DNA of 64,000 bases from Marsupella aquatica (taxonomy: Eukaryota > Plantae > Marchantiophyta), in the NCBI GenBank assembly GCA_973895155.1, contig OZ316898.1:13296230-13360229 (forward strand), read 5' to 3'. Position 1 is the first letter of the stretch. Each line of letters opens with the position of its first letter. Position numbers and translations under genes: made by a program. Shown here one piece after another: positions 41,084 to 52,374 of the stretch. The notes under the pieces were generated by a model that made no database searches, was not told where the DNA came from, and saw only the letters and a program-made list of their open reading frames with translations.

Positions 41084-44000
41084 ATGAGCAACGTCAATCA
41101 AGCGACACATTTCTGGGGATGCCTGTTCGAACGGGCAACCGAGTACATCAAGACTTACGAGGACGAAGAATCAGAAAAGGCAGCTCGAGAATGACAGGAG
41201 CTCGCTCGATTGTGGGAGCTGCAGAAGACGGCTTTCTTAGGAGGCGAACTCATCAAGGCCGAGTTCTTGTGGACTCCTACTTCCAATCAGCTTGACGATC
41301 TTCTGTTTTGCGAAGACAAAATCATCGGCATTCGAGAGGCCATCAAGAACTGCAATGACATACACTGGGAATTGAAGGGTAGCACGGAGGGGTGGACAAA
41401 GGCAACTGTGCTAGGAGAAACCTCCACGGCAGCCGAAATGAAGAGGAAGGGAGCCGTCAACGATGAAGCCACCCCGGCAAAAAGAACGAGGTCGGCGGCA
41501 CCAAAGAGGCCAGCCGAGCAGCAGAGCAGGAGGCAGGGAGAAGCCGAAGAGGAGGAGGTCGATCCCATCAATGCCATTCCAACCAGGGATGACACCTGGA
41601 AAGGCTGGGCGGCAACCCTACCAGTGGAGGTGCAACTACATTTTGCACGGGAGGAGGATGCATGCTTTACGGCCATGCAGACCAAGAAGTACCAAGGCTT
41701 CATGGCCGGATCCGGCTTAGAGGCCTTTGTAAGATTACCATGGCTGAAGCCGGAGGTGCCGGATTCAGACCTATTAGAATTCGTGGGGTCATGGGAACCC
41801 GAGACCAATTGCACGAGGATATATGGGAAGGATTTATATCTTACTCCCAAGGTGATTGCCGAAGTGTTTGGCTTGCCGATAGGCAATAAGACCAAGGTTG
41901 ATACCAGGAAGACCTTGCCTGACAAAGAGTTCCGGTCGTTCCCCGGGCCATCAACGAAGAATGGCTTCTTCCGGAACACCTGCACCAACCCGCACATAGG
42001 AGAGATGATAGACTTCTTGCGGGTAACCATGCATTGTAACTTGCCAAGGGCAGAGATCGGCAAGGCACAGGTCTATCTGGCAGAGAGGCTAGACCCAAGC
42101 CGGGACTACAACGGGTACCTCCTCAACCAATTGAAGAAAATCTTAAAGGAGGAGCAGCAAGTAATTGGCATGGGGAGCGTGTCGCGGCTTGGCTATCACA
42201 TATCGCTGTTGTGCCGGTATGCCAGAGGTCAGACGTTTGCCCCAGTACTTCCCCTACAGGTAAGGGCACCCGAGGAAGCTCCAGCACCGAGGCCGGTAGC
42301 AGAGAAGCCTCAACCACCTGTTAACCCTACGATTGAGCAGGTGTTTAGGCCAAGGAAGGAAGACTTGCCAATGCAGCAACCAAGCATGCAGAATCTGCTG
42401 AAAATGCTGGAGAAGGAAAAGACGGCACCAGCACCGGCTTTGGCAGCGGCACCAATACAGGACACTGCCCCAAAGGTCAACTTAAGCAGACTTAGAAGGG
42501 AAAACTCCTTTACCGAAAACAAGGAGAGAATCAAGCCAGAATCCAAGCCGGGTGTTCGAATGTACGTGGGAGTCTCAAGCTCTGAATCTGAGGCAGAATT
42601 GCCTGAAGCTCCTACCGACGAGGAGGAGAGGGAGAAGCCAGAAGTCCAAGAAGTAGAGGAGGCAGTGGAGGACTGCAGCCATGATAACTCCGACTATGGG
42701 TCGGACCATCACGTTCCAGGAGTAAGGACCTGTGGCCGGTTTATCCCCACACTTCCAAGGGTAGTACGAGGGGACCCCAACCAGCAGAGTAGCCCTGAGT
42801 CTCCCCCACCAGATGTTGCTCCCCCGAGCTTTGACGGCATAAAATAGACGGCGCAAGAATTTCAGGAGTGAATCAGGCAGGAGGAGGAGGCAGCCCTGGC
42901 TAGGGAAAAGGATTTGCCAGGAGGAGATTGGCCGGAGGACATCAGGTGGCTAGCCGAAAAAGGAACCAAACCTCTAGCCACGATTGAAGAGATCCGCAAG
43001 ACGGCTTGGGAACAGAGGCCGCGATGGACGATGCCGATCACTTCTACTTACTCCACCTACGCTAAGAATAGAGCCATGGAGTATGGTGAGATATGTGGGG
43101 AACTTGCGCTCGGCATCTTTGGGGAGGAGTTGGAGGTAGGACCCTTTTTCCATAGGGAGCAGTTGGAGAAGCACCAATTAGAAGAAGCGGTGGCTTTAGA
43201 GAGAAGCAAGAAGGACGAGGTCATCCAGCGGCTTAGGAGGATGGAAGCCGAGATTGAAGATCTAAGGGCGGCCAAGAAAGCCCAAGATGAACTGCGGATT
43301 GAGCGGCATGAGCTGAACATCATGCAGGGGCAGTTGGACACCGCGCAGGCTGATAATCAGATTATCAAGGATAAACTGACTCAGACCCAGGGAGAATTGG
43401 CCGACGCAATCAAGGACAGGGAGAAATGGAAGAAGGAGCTGAGAGACGTAGAGGAGGCCCATATAGCAGTCAACAACCGGGTCACGGTGGAGACTTAGAG
43501 AAGGGAGAGGGCGCTGAAGGGAGAGCTTGAGGTCATCCGCAGAGCCCTTGAGCAGAAGGAGGCCGAGTTAGGGAAATCCTATCAAGGGATTATTGCGCTA
43601 CAGCAGGAGCTTGCGTCCTTGACGGCCAGCTTCAGGGCCGACCTGCGGGAGAAGGACGCCCAGCTCGACCAGACTTATGCCAAGATGAATAACATGGAGT
43701 CTGAGGTCGTAGCGGAGCTCGACAAGGAGCTAAGAGCAACCCAGGAGGAGAGGGCTACCACCAAGAAGGAATTGGAGGAAGCCAAAAACGAGCTGGAGGA
43801 GGCACGTAAGGACCTGGATGAGACCCAGGAGGAGTTGGAGGAAATCACGAGGAAGATGGAGAACCTACAGCGGCGGGCCGACAACCAAACAGAGCGGCTG
43901 AAGAAACAAGCCACAGTATTTAAATGCTTAGCTGGATCAGGTCCATCTCCCATTGGGACAAACCAGTTAGTTACCCGGGGTGGTAATTGCCGAAGGACCA

Positions 44001-44453
44001 GCCGTGACACACGGCCTGGTGCCGGACATTGGCGGCAAGGGGAAGGAACCGACTATGGAGATAGTGAAGAAGAAGAAGCGGAAACCTTCGGGGTCCGGAG
44101 GTTATTCGACCCCTCAAGCCGTACTCAAACCGGTACCAACCTCCGGCATGAACATGGCAATAGATCCCGCTATCACCAAAGGTGGGGATGGCGCGGCCCA
44201 AGCCGAACTACTCAGTAATGAGGCCGGTATCCCAGATCTGCCTCTTGAGCAGGCCGGGGAGGCCGTAGCCGAGGCTGAGGCCGTAGCCGTGAATGATTTC
44301 CGAGCCGAGGCCGAACCCGAGGGTGGGCCCAGTCAGGCCGATGGAGAGTTGACTCAGTCAAGGACAGGTAATCTGTCAGGGAACGAACCAACGGCAGTGG
44401 CTGAGGAGGAAGCGTTGGGGGCATCCATTGAGGATCCACCACCGGTGTCGTGA
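41084..44453 (+). pseudogene. Family A long ORF (~1120 codons): N-terminal domain, plant-mobile/Athila-Tat extra-ORF-like domain, long coiled coil, acidic tail
   Basis: ATG at 41084 is in frame with ORFs 41210, 42914 and 43619, separated only by single TGA/TAG codons; one frameshift near 43975. Confidence 0.85.
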
Positions 44454-44939
44454 CGGTGCAAGGGCGCCGTTCCTTTTAGGAAGGGCGGACGTGGAGGTAG
44501 GAGGCGTGAGTGGGCAGGGCGGGCGCTGATCTCTAAGTTTAGGATTAGGATCAGGACCAGGAGGCGGCCCTGACACTTAGCTTAGTGGGATTGCGGTTCC
44601 ACTGGTAGGAGCAACACTTGTGCTCCTGCCTTGCTGTACATAGGTAGATCCGGGCAGATAGATTACTGTTAGGTAGATTAGGCTTACGCTGCAAAGAATT
44701 AGGCGGATCCACTACCAGGATAAATACCTGGGCAGCGGGGAGCTCAGGGCCTCTTCTTTAGTAAGTTTTTAGTTTGCACCAGCCGGGCTGGGATCAAGTA
44801 GTAAGAGAAGCTCTTGGTTAGTCATACCGTGACCTTGTGTATATTCATGTTTCCTCATGCCTAAGAGCTGAATAGAGTTGGCCTCACGGCTTAGTTCGCA
44901 GAGCTTGTGTATGAGATATACTATTTGTATGGCAAGTGC

Positions 44940-45415
44940 CCCGGGTACGCAACTCTTATATAATAGACAGGGGTCTACATTTTTATATGGACTAAAAAGT
45001 TGGCTATACAAAATAATTAAAATTTGAAAAAACCTGGGTTTCCCACTTTTAAAAATTTTCAAGTCATATAAAAGGTTTGGTTTCCTTCATTTTCCATATG
45101 AAATTAAAAAATATTCCTACACATGTTGTAATTTTTATTAAAAGATTTTTAAAATTTTAATAAAAATCCTAAAAAGCTGGCTAGTTTGGTTGTAGACCCC
45201 TGTATTAAAAAAAACCCATATAATTTGGTTTTGATCAACTTTTTGTACATCAAAACATGCTTGGTTTTTTTTTTAAGTTACATTTTTGGATTCCTTGAGT
45301 TCAGAGGTACAAGACTTTAGTAGACTAAAATGAAATCTAAGATGGTCAATTGGATATAAGGCCATTATAAGGAATTAAAAACTTGCCTTATAAAAAGGGG
45401 AGTTGCATACCCGGG
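44940..45415. mobile_element. MITE family F, copy 2 (inverted relative to copy 1)
   Basis: TIR CCCGGGTA(C/T)GCAACTC; 8-bp TSD GCAAGTGC at 44932-44939 and 45416-45423. Confidence 0.93.
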
Positions 45416-46052
45416 GCAAGTGCATGGTATGACTCAGTCAGAAGGAGTCATTTTGCTATTTGTGTGTCGCATTAACTTGTGTGAAGAGTGCCCAGATCAA
45501 CCAACAGAGGAAGGAAAGTAAGCAGGGGAGTGAGAGTTGGATGTGTCGAGTTGAGAGAGGTCTTAGCGGCTTAACCAAGCCTATTGGGGATCATTCTGGC
45601 GGCGGAATCCAAACATACCTAACCAGAAGGAGAGGAAGACAAGGGAAGGCCTAGATTAGGCCGACTACGTATCTCATGACCCGATGAAGGATCTGTCCAG
45701 TATATGTGTGTAAAAGGCTAATAGTAATAGTAGAAGGAGGTTAGCAGCGTCCCATGCCACTAAGCCGCGGAAACGGCCTCGCCAAGCGCGAAACCTGCGG
45801 GAATCGGCTTGCGCGGGGGGGTTTCTTGGGTTTAGGGAGCCATGGGACGCACCACAATTTCTTGGGGTTGAAATCTCTTTTTAAATTCCCCGAATGAGAT
45901 GTGGCATTGGAACGTGTCAAACTACAGTGCATAAAACCGTCGACTCAGCTGTCCTAATAATGAAGGAAGATAGAGATCATCTCGAGCCTCCTATTTGTTT
46001 CTTGGTTTTGTGGTACATGTTTCTGACAATTGCACCATTTTGGCTGTACCAG

Positions 46053-49000
46053 GTGCGAAATTGGGATCGCCTAATTTGGTAGTCGAAGATGAACATGCAA
46101 TTGAGGTTTCCTGCCCTGGACAAGGTCAATTTGGATTCTGTTGGGCCATTGAGCTTGCTGAAACTGAAGACATGGAAGGAACTATTATTTGTGTGAAGAT
46201 GAGGTCTCCATCAGTCGATCCTCTAGTGTGCAGCCTACTAGGGCCTGTTTTTTCTATTGTGACAAGTAACAGTAAGGACATGGTTTTGACGGTGGAGAAC
46301 CACGAGACAAGGAAGTGGGCTTTAATTAGACTTCATGCCAAAAACTACTCTTGCGATCTTAACATTGAACGTGCAGCCAGGAAACAACTGAGCATGATAT
46401 CAATGGGGTTCTTCCCCGAGGGTTTTACTGCAAGTAATTTGCTTGAAGATAGTCCTATATTTGGAGCCGACATAATTTTTGGATTCCTTTATTGTTGAAA
46501 GTATGGGTTTGATCGTGATGATGCATTCACGACTCCTTTCATGTGGAAGGTTTTGAGACTAATGTCGGAATCAAAATTGGGGGAGTTTGAATCCATATCC
46601 CCTGATTTTGTGTTTGGAGCCGGAGAATTTGACGAGGATGCTTGTAAAAAGTGGGTGTTGTCTCATCGGAGACAAACAGGTAAAGTGAAATCCGTAGCTG
46701 CAGGAGACAAGACCTCCGGTTTGGACAAAAAGGAAGCAAAGGCGTCTCAAAAGAGGAAGAGGGTTGACAAACCCGAAAGCAAAGCGAAGAAGGCTCATCC
46801 GCCAAAAAAGTCTGCACCGCCCAAGGTAGATCTCATTCCGGCATCTTCCTCGGGTGTGATTGCACATACCGATGATGACGGCACTCCAAGAGATGCTCCG
46901 GGAGAAAAGAGCATTAAAGAAGGAGCTGAAGTTCTTAAGGAGATTGAGGAGTATTACACATTTGGCATGAATGAAACTTTTGACATTCCTGTCACTAGTA
47001 TAGATTCGCCTTCTGCAGTATTGGTATATAGGATGTTCAATAAAGACCATGCCATGGAGGTCACGAAATCCATGGTTAGAAACCCTGGAATGGTACCAGC
47101 TATGGCGGATATAATTCTGTATTCAAGAGAGAGTTCACAGTTGCTCCATTATGAGAATACTCCTAAGGATCGAAAGGAGTTTGAGTGGGGTGTTAAGAAT
47201 AAAAAGGTGCAGTTCCTTGCAATTAGTGGACAATACTCGGCAAAGGCAGCTGTTTGGATCATAGGTTGGGCTAAGAGCGATGCAAAGTTGAAGGAGGTCG
47301 CAAAGAGTCTGCAATATCGAAAGTCACAAATTCTTTTGGACAAAACTCCAAGAACAATACTTGCTCAACACTCACAAAGGGCAAATGCTGTTAATAAGAC
47401 CATGGAGTATGAGTCTTGTTTTCTTGATACTATGGTCCATGCCCGTCGACAGTTTGACGAGTGTGGCCGTCCGGAGAGACCCGTGATTGGGTCCAATAGA
47501 CTAACGGATCATCAAAAGTTCTAGGTATATTCGAACTCAAATCCACTTCTAGCTCAAGATTGTCTCAAGCCTCGAGGTCAAGTTTATGTATTTGATTTAT
47601 CTTCATGTATTCTCTGATAAATTTCAACATAGTTCCTTAATTCTACCTCAAGATCATCTTGAGCCTCAGATTTTCTTTGTACTGTTTGGATCAGGATTTT
47701 ATGGCCTTGGCCAAAATAATGACTGGAAAATCCAATCTGAGGAATATTTTTTGGTTGCTTTTTTCGGAAGAGAACCTCTTCCAGTCTTGGAGACAAATGT
47801 GCATCGATTAGGTCAAGGGACTTCTTCCGGATGGTCTAGGGGAGTTAGGTTCAAAAATAAACGGGAAATCCCAGACAACAAAAATGATTACGCCGGCATT
47901 GTTTAGATGCTTTGAAGGAGACCTGAGTAGTGACGACATTCTGAAAGTTTTTACTGCCGTTCAACATCAGAAGGTTTTATTGAAGAAAGACCCAGCCAAC
48001 AAATCTGATGTTCAATCAATGAGTGATATGGCTCATACTTTCAAAGTCATGACCAAGCTGAGGGCAAAAATTGTGGAGTACTTCGTCTTGAAGTATCCGG
48101 ATCGATTTGCCAATTCACTCACTTGGTTTGAGCTAACTCAATATTTGTCTGCATTTATGGATCGTGGTGAGTTGCCCAAACTTAGACAACTTGCTAGAGA
48201 GGTTTGGATTTCCAACCTCCTAAAAAGAAATAGGCCAAAAGACCCATTTCCGCAAAGTCTTATTGTTAGGCTTGAGCAGATATATTGCAAGGTATTTGGC
48301 GGGATGCCTTCAATGGAGGATACTCCTTATCGCACATTTTTTAGCAATAATTTGATGAGGATAATGAAGCCTGAGATTGTTGACTCGGTGCAAAGGACGT
48401 GCCCACTTTTCATTGTCGATTTTGGTCGTCTTTCACAACGGCAATGGACAGATGCCAAAATTTTTGTCTTGCTGGAGTATTGTTTGTAGATGGCGAACTC
48501 GACGGAGCTCTTGGTAATCTTTTTTGTCCGTCAAGGCCCATTGATAGGCCAGATTCAGAGTGCCTTTGAAAAAATTCATCGTGAGAAGAAAGTCCACACA
48601 AAGCTGGAGTATGGGAGCTACTACCGTGATCAGCTGCCCAAGGAGGAGGGAGATTTTCTCATTGGAGCCCGAGACTCAATCATCTTTGGGGGAATTTGTT
48701 GTGAAGAGGAACCAGACTGGTCCCAAATTTTCTTTGATGACTTTTATGTGTTTTGGAACTACAGTGAGAAGTGGGACAAAGACTTCACAATCTTGCCTTT
48801 GAAGACCCCTACTGGGAACAACAAAGACCAATCAAAGGGGAAAGATAAGCTCGATGAATCTACTGTTGATGTCAAAGTTTTGGAGAAGATGGCCCCATCT
48901 TATGAGATGGTCGGTTGGCGGGGTGGCTTTGTAAATCTGAGAGCAAAGCCTTTGCGAATGACAAAGCATCTTGTTGATTATTTCTCCTGCCCAGGTCACA

Positions 49001-49567
49001 CAGTGTTGGATTTCTTCTCTGGAGGATAGACATTGAAAGCTTGTATCATTCTTGGTCGGGATTGTTTTGTGTATTCGGACACAGCTCAAGAGATGGAATT
49101 CACAGAAGCCTTTTGCTCAGCTCCTCCATGACAACAAGCAGGTTTTATATGTGCCACCCAAAGCGTCGTTAGCATCTCAGGAAATTACTGCCGGTCCCCT
49201 CGTTCTTATAGAAGAGGTGGCCTTAGACATAGCTCCGGTGGAAGCCAGTGTTTTTGAGGAAGTATTTGCGGAGAATTTAGAGCATCGCAAAACGGAGGGC
49301 CCAAAAATCCCAAGCTACATGGAAGAGGAGGGTGAAATACTGCCTGAATTTGGAAATGATGCTCGAGATGATCTCGACCTTCCAGGTGTTCCTTCATCGG
49401 GTGGCCTTGGGGACGCACAACGTGAACAACAATCTTCAACCTTGGATGTTGGCTGGGAATCCACCTTGCCGGACGCAGTTAGCCAACCAATTCCAAGCCC
49501 TCCTCAACTGGATGAGATTCTCTCTACTAAGAGAGCTAGTCGCTGCCATACTCCCCCTGAGGGTTTT
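46053..49567 (+). pseudogene. Cargo gene: ParB/Srx-like domain fused to a beta-class N4-cytosine/N6-adenine DNA methyltransferase-like domain
   Basis: ORFs 45995, 46541, 47884 and 48490 join through single stops and a phase-0 GT-AG intron at 47525-47694. ParB-like: IPVTSID..YRMFNKDHAMEVTKSM...FLAISGQYSAKA. MTase motifs X-I: KPLRMTKHLVDYFSCPGHTVLDFFSGG*TLKACIILGRDC. Confidence 0.7.
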
Positions 49568-49929
49568 CACCTTGACAGCAAATAGCAAACAGATTTACTA
49601 TTACAAGCAAAAATTTTCCTGTTACGAGCAAAAATTTACTGTTACGAGCAAACTAGACAATCTAAAAATGTGTCATTAAAAGTCACAATTTTCAAAGTAG
49701 TTTAAAACATGACAATTTTTTGCTAGTGTAAGGCAATACTATTACTAGCTCCGGGCGCTAGCCAAAAAATATCGACTCACAATTTTTTTTAAATATTTTT
49801 TCCCCAAAAAAATTCCAAAAACAAAATTCCCAAAAACAATTCTAACAAAAAATTCCAAAATTTTTACCACCCATTTGCTGTTACGAGTAACTATTTGTTG
49901 TTTGTTGTTTGCTGTTTGCTGTCACGGTG
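49568..49929. mobile_element. MITE with CAC...GTG ends
   Basis: 23-bp TIR CACC(T/G)TGACAGCAAA(T/C)AGCAAAC; probable 5-bp TSD GTTTT/GTTAT (one mismatch); removal restores HTPPEG|YTPPP. Confidence 0.8.
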
Positions 49930-50618
49930 GTTATACCCCTCCCCCTCAGGACGAGGCAGGTGCATCGTCCTCTCCCTTGGACCAAATGTTTTGCGCTTCA
50001 GAGAATAAGCTTGTTTTCACAGATTCTTCTACTGGAAGCCCCGTAATTCTCCCTTTTGTTGGGAAACCGGGGACTGAAATCGGTAGAACTGGTTACAAAT
50101 CACTCAAAGCAAGTGCTACTCATTATGTCTGGATTGATGGACTGTCAAAAGGTCAACAAGTCAATATAGAGCAGTCTGAGAAGATTATTTGATCTAGAAA
50201 GTATAGGAAGGATAAGTTCAAATTAGTGCCAGTTTGGTCTGAGCCAGCTCTTGTTGAGACCCTTCCCGGAGGGATAAATTTGGACATCCAAAACCAACTA
50301 GGAGATAACCTTCTAGATGAATTTGGGTCTTTCAGCACGTGAGGTTGAAACCCAAGTTAGTTTGAACAGTCCTGAAATTCAACCGTCTAAATTATTATGT
50401 CTACCTTCACAGAAATAGGCGGGCCCTTACCAGTTCTGGAGTACGTCGACAATAATCTCCGAAGATGTCCTGAGATTTCTTCAACTACTGACCTTCAACC
50501 AACAATAGGTATGATGTTGACTGTTGTTCATTCACTTGTGATGCTCGAGATCGTCTCGAGCATTCCTCTGTTTTATCTCCCACAATTCTAACATTGGTGT
50601 TCCTTCTTTGCAAGACCC

Positions 50619-51672
50619 TTGCCTCCACTTCATGGTCCGATCAGACCAAAGCTATTGATTCTTGACCTCAACAAAATGTGTTGGGATTCTGTCAAAACGC
50701 CAAGTTCCAGACCGCGTCGTAGTGCGACAAGTGTCAAGGGTGTCCACTGGGGGAGACGTGGAGGGTTTAACTTTATGTATGTTGAGCGACCCCATCTTCA
50801 CGAGTTCTTAATCGCAACTTTTTTGTTATTTTGATGTTGCCATTTGGACTTGTGCAAGGAAACCCAGGACGGATGAAATGATTCATTTGATCTTTAGTCA
50901 AGAAGAGCGAGAGCAATTCAAGTTTATTCTCACACAAGAAGATACATTTGCTACTGGAATCCAGAGGCCTGACATTACCAATGGGAAGGCAAATATTCAT
51001 TTGAAGGATTTGAGGGTTGTTTGGAAACGTTATGGTGGATTATACGACAAAACTAATACACTCCTTCTTGATGACACTCCAATGAAGGCATTTGCAAATC
51101 TAGAGAATTGTGGGTTGTTTTCTTCCTCATTTTCGCATCACTCCACGGATGATACATTCTTTCCAGAAATACTGTGGCCTCTGCTCAGGAAATTGTATCA
51201 TGCCTTCAATCTTCAGCACTACCTTTTTATCAATCATCCAAAGTGGTCTATGATAAATGTTTTAGCGGACAGGGATCAACAGGCTGCCATTTATGCGTTG
51301 TTGACAGAGCGGTGGGGTAGTATGGTATGGGTTCATTCGGTTATCCATACAGTCTTGGATGTCACAGCGGACAAAATTCCTTGGGATGTCAAGAATGAAG
51401 TGCAACAATTATCACCAATGGAGGAATTGACGGAGGAGGCGATCAATGACCTTGCAAAGACATTAATTGGATATCAGTACACAGGACCCTACAGAGACAA
51501 TCATCGGGGATTTGTTTCGGAAGTCCTGTGGTGTAGGGACCTCACCACAAAGTTCTGGAATAGAAAGCCTCTCGATTTCTGCAATCGCGATATGAAATAT
51601 GACCCGTCAGGGTCTAGATTTACTTGCTCAAATGAATTCTGCGGGGTGGAGGAGCATGAGATTTGGGTCTAG
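50619..51672 (+). pseudogene. Cargo gene/domain: FCP1-homology (NIF) HAD phosphatase-like
   Basis: KLLILDLN, ERPHLHEFL, FDVAIWT, KDLRVVW and NTLLLDDTPMKA motifs; frameshift near 50825; upstream exon(s) at 49930-50508. Confidence 0.8.
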
Positions 51673-52374
51673 ATTATCTTGACCCTACACTGAACAGTTA
51701 CGATGTGAGTTGTAGATATACATATTCTTACTCGAAAAAAGAGTGAAGCTATGCGTACTATCCATTTGAGTCTAGATGCTGTTGATCCTCTTTTACTTGT
51801 AGATATGTTCTCAGAAAAAGGTTATTTGGGTCTCGACCCTATACAAAGGGAATAGCTAGAGATATAGATTCAACAACAGGTCAAAATTATGTGGACCCTA
51901 TATTTGGGTCGAGATCATCTCGACATAGATTTTTACATAGTAATTGATATACATTCAACAACCGGTCAAAACCATCTAGAGCCTGCATTGGGGCAGATGT
52001 GGTCTCGACCCTATAAAAATAGGTTTTTTACTTTTATAATACATCACCGGTTTACCTTCCGTGTTTGTGTAACTTGGTTATCACGGGTCATTTGAATTTA
52101 TTATATTGTCTTATTCTATGTTTCATTGTTTATATTGTATATAATAAGAATAATTTATTGTCTTTTAATTAATAAGTATTAATAATTGATAACTGAATTA
52201 TTTAATTAATAATTTGGGCATTAGAATTGTAATTTTAGACCTCAAAAAGTGTATATTTGGCCACTAAAATGTATGCTTTTGGGGAACAAGTTATAGAACT
52301 TTTGGGTGTAAAATAAGAAATTTGAAGGTCAACTTCTGGACTAGAGAAATTCCAGTTTTAATGAATAGGGTGAT

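Larger units (their letters stand above)
40708..45856 (+). mobile_element. Family A copy A3, complete unit (~4.67 kb without the MITE)
   Basis: TGTGATGCC...GCACCACA; 5-bp TSD ATTTC at 40703-40707 and 45857-45861; no internal direct repeat; no gag/pol. Confidence 0.93.
37352..51924. promoter_or_regulatory. Dispersed 17-bp palindrome (C/G)TCGAGA-N3-TCTCGA(G/C), ~18 copies; putative protein-binding sites
   Basis: Copies start at 37352, 38387, 38495, 38562, 38718, 38809, 39869, 39932, 40030, 40302, 40601, 40649, 45970, 47553, 47647, 49362, 50544, 51667 and 51908; half-site array at ~39510-39670; function is inferred. Confidence 0.75.
33827..52374 (-). mobile_element. Giant Sola-like (DUF7869 transposase) DNA transposon with cargo locus, 18548 bp including nested inserts
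   Basis: 25-bp TIRs ATCA(GT/CC)CTATTCATTAAAACTGGAA at 33827-33851 and 52350-52374 (23/25 match); 4-bp TSD AAGG at 33823-33826 and 52375-52378; subterminal TGTACATTTGGG-type repeats. Confidence 0.92.

Noticed and set aside
43262-43900. Coiled-coil ORFs as host SMC/myosin genes
   Set aside because: They lie within TSD-flanked repeats present in several decayed copies
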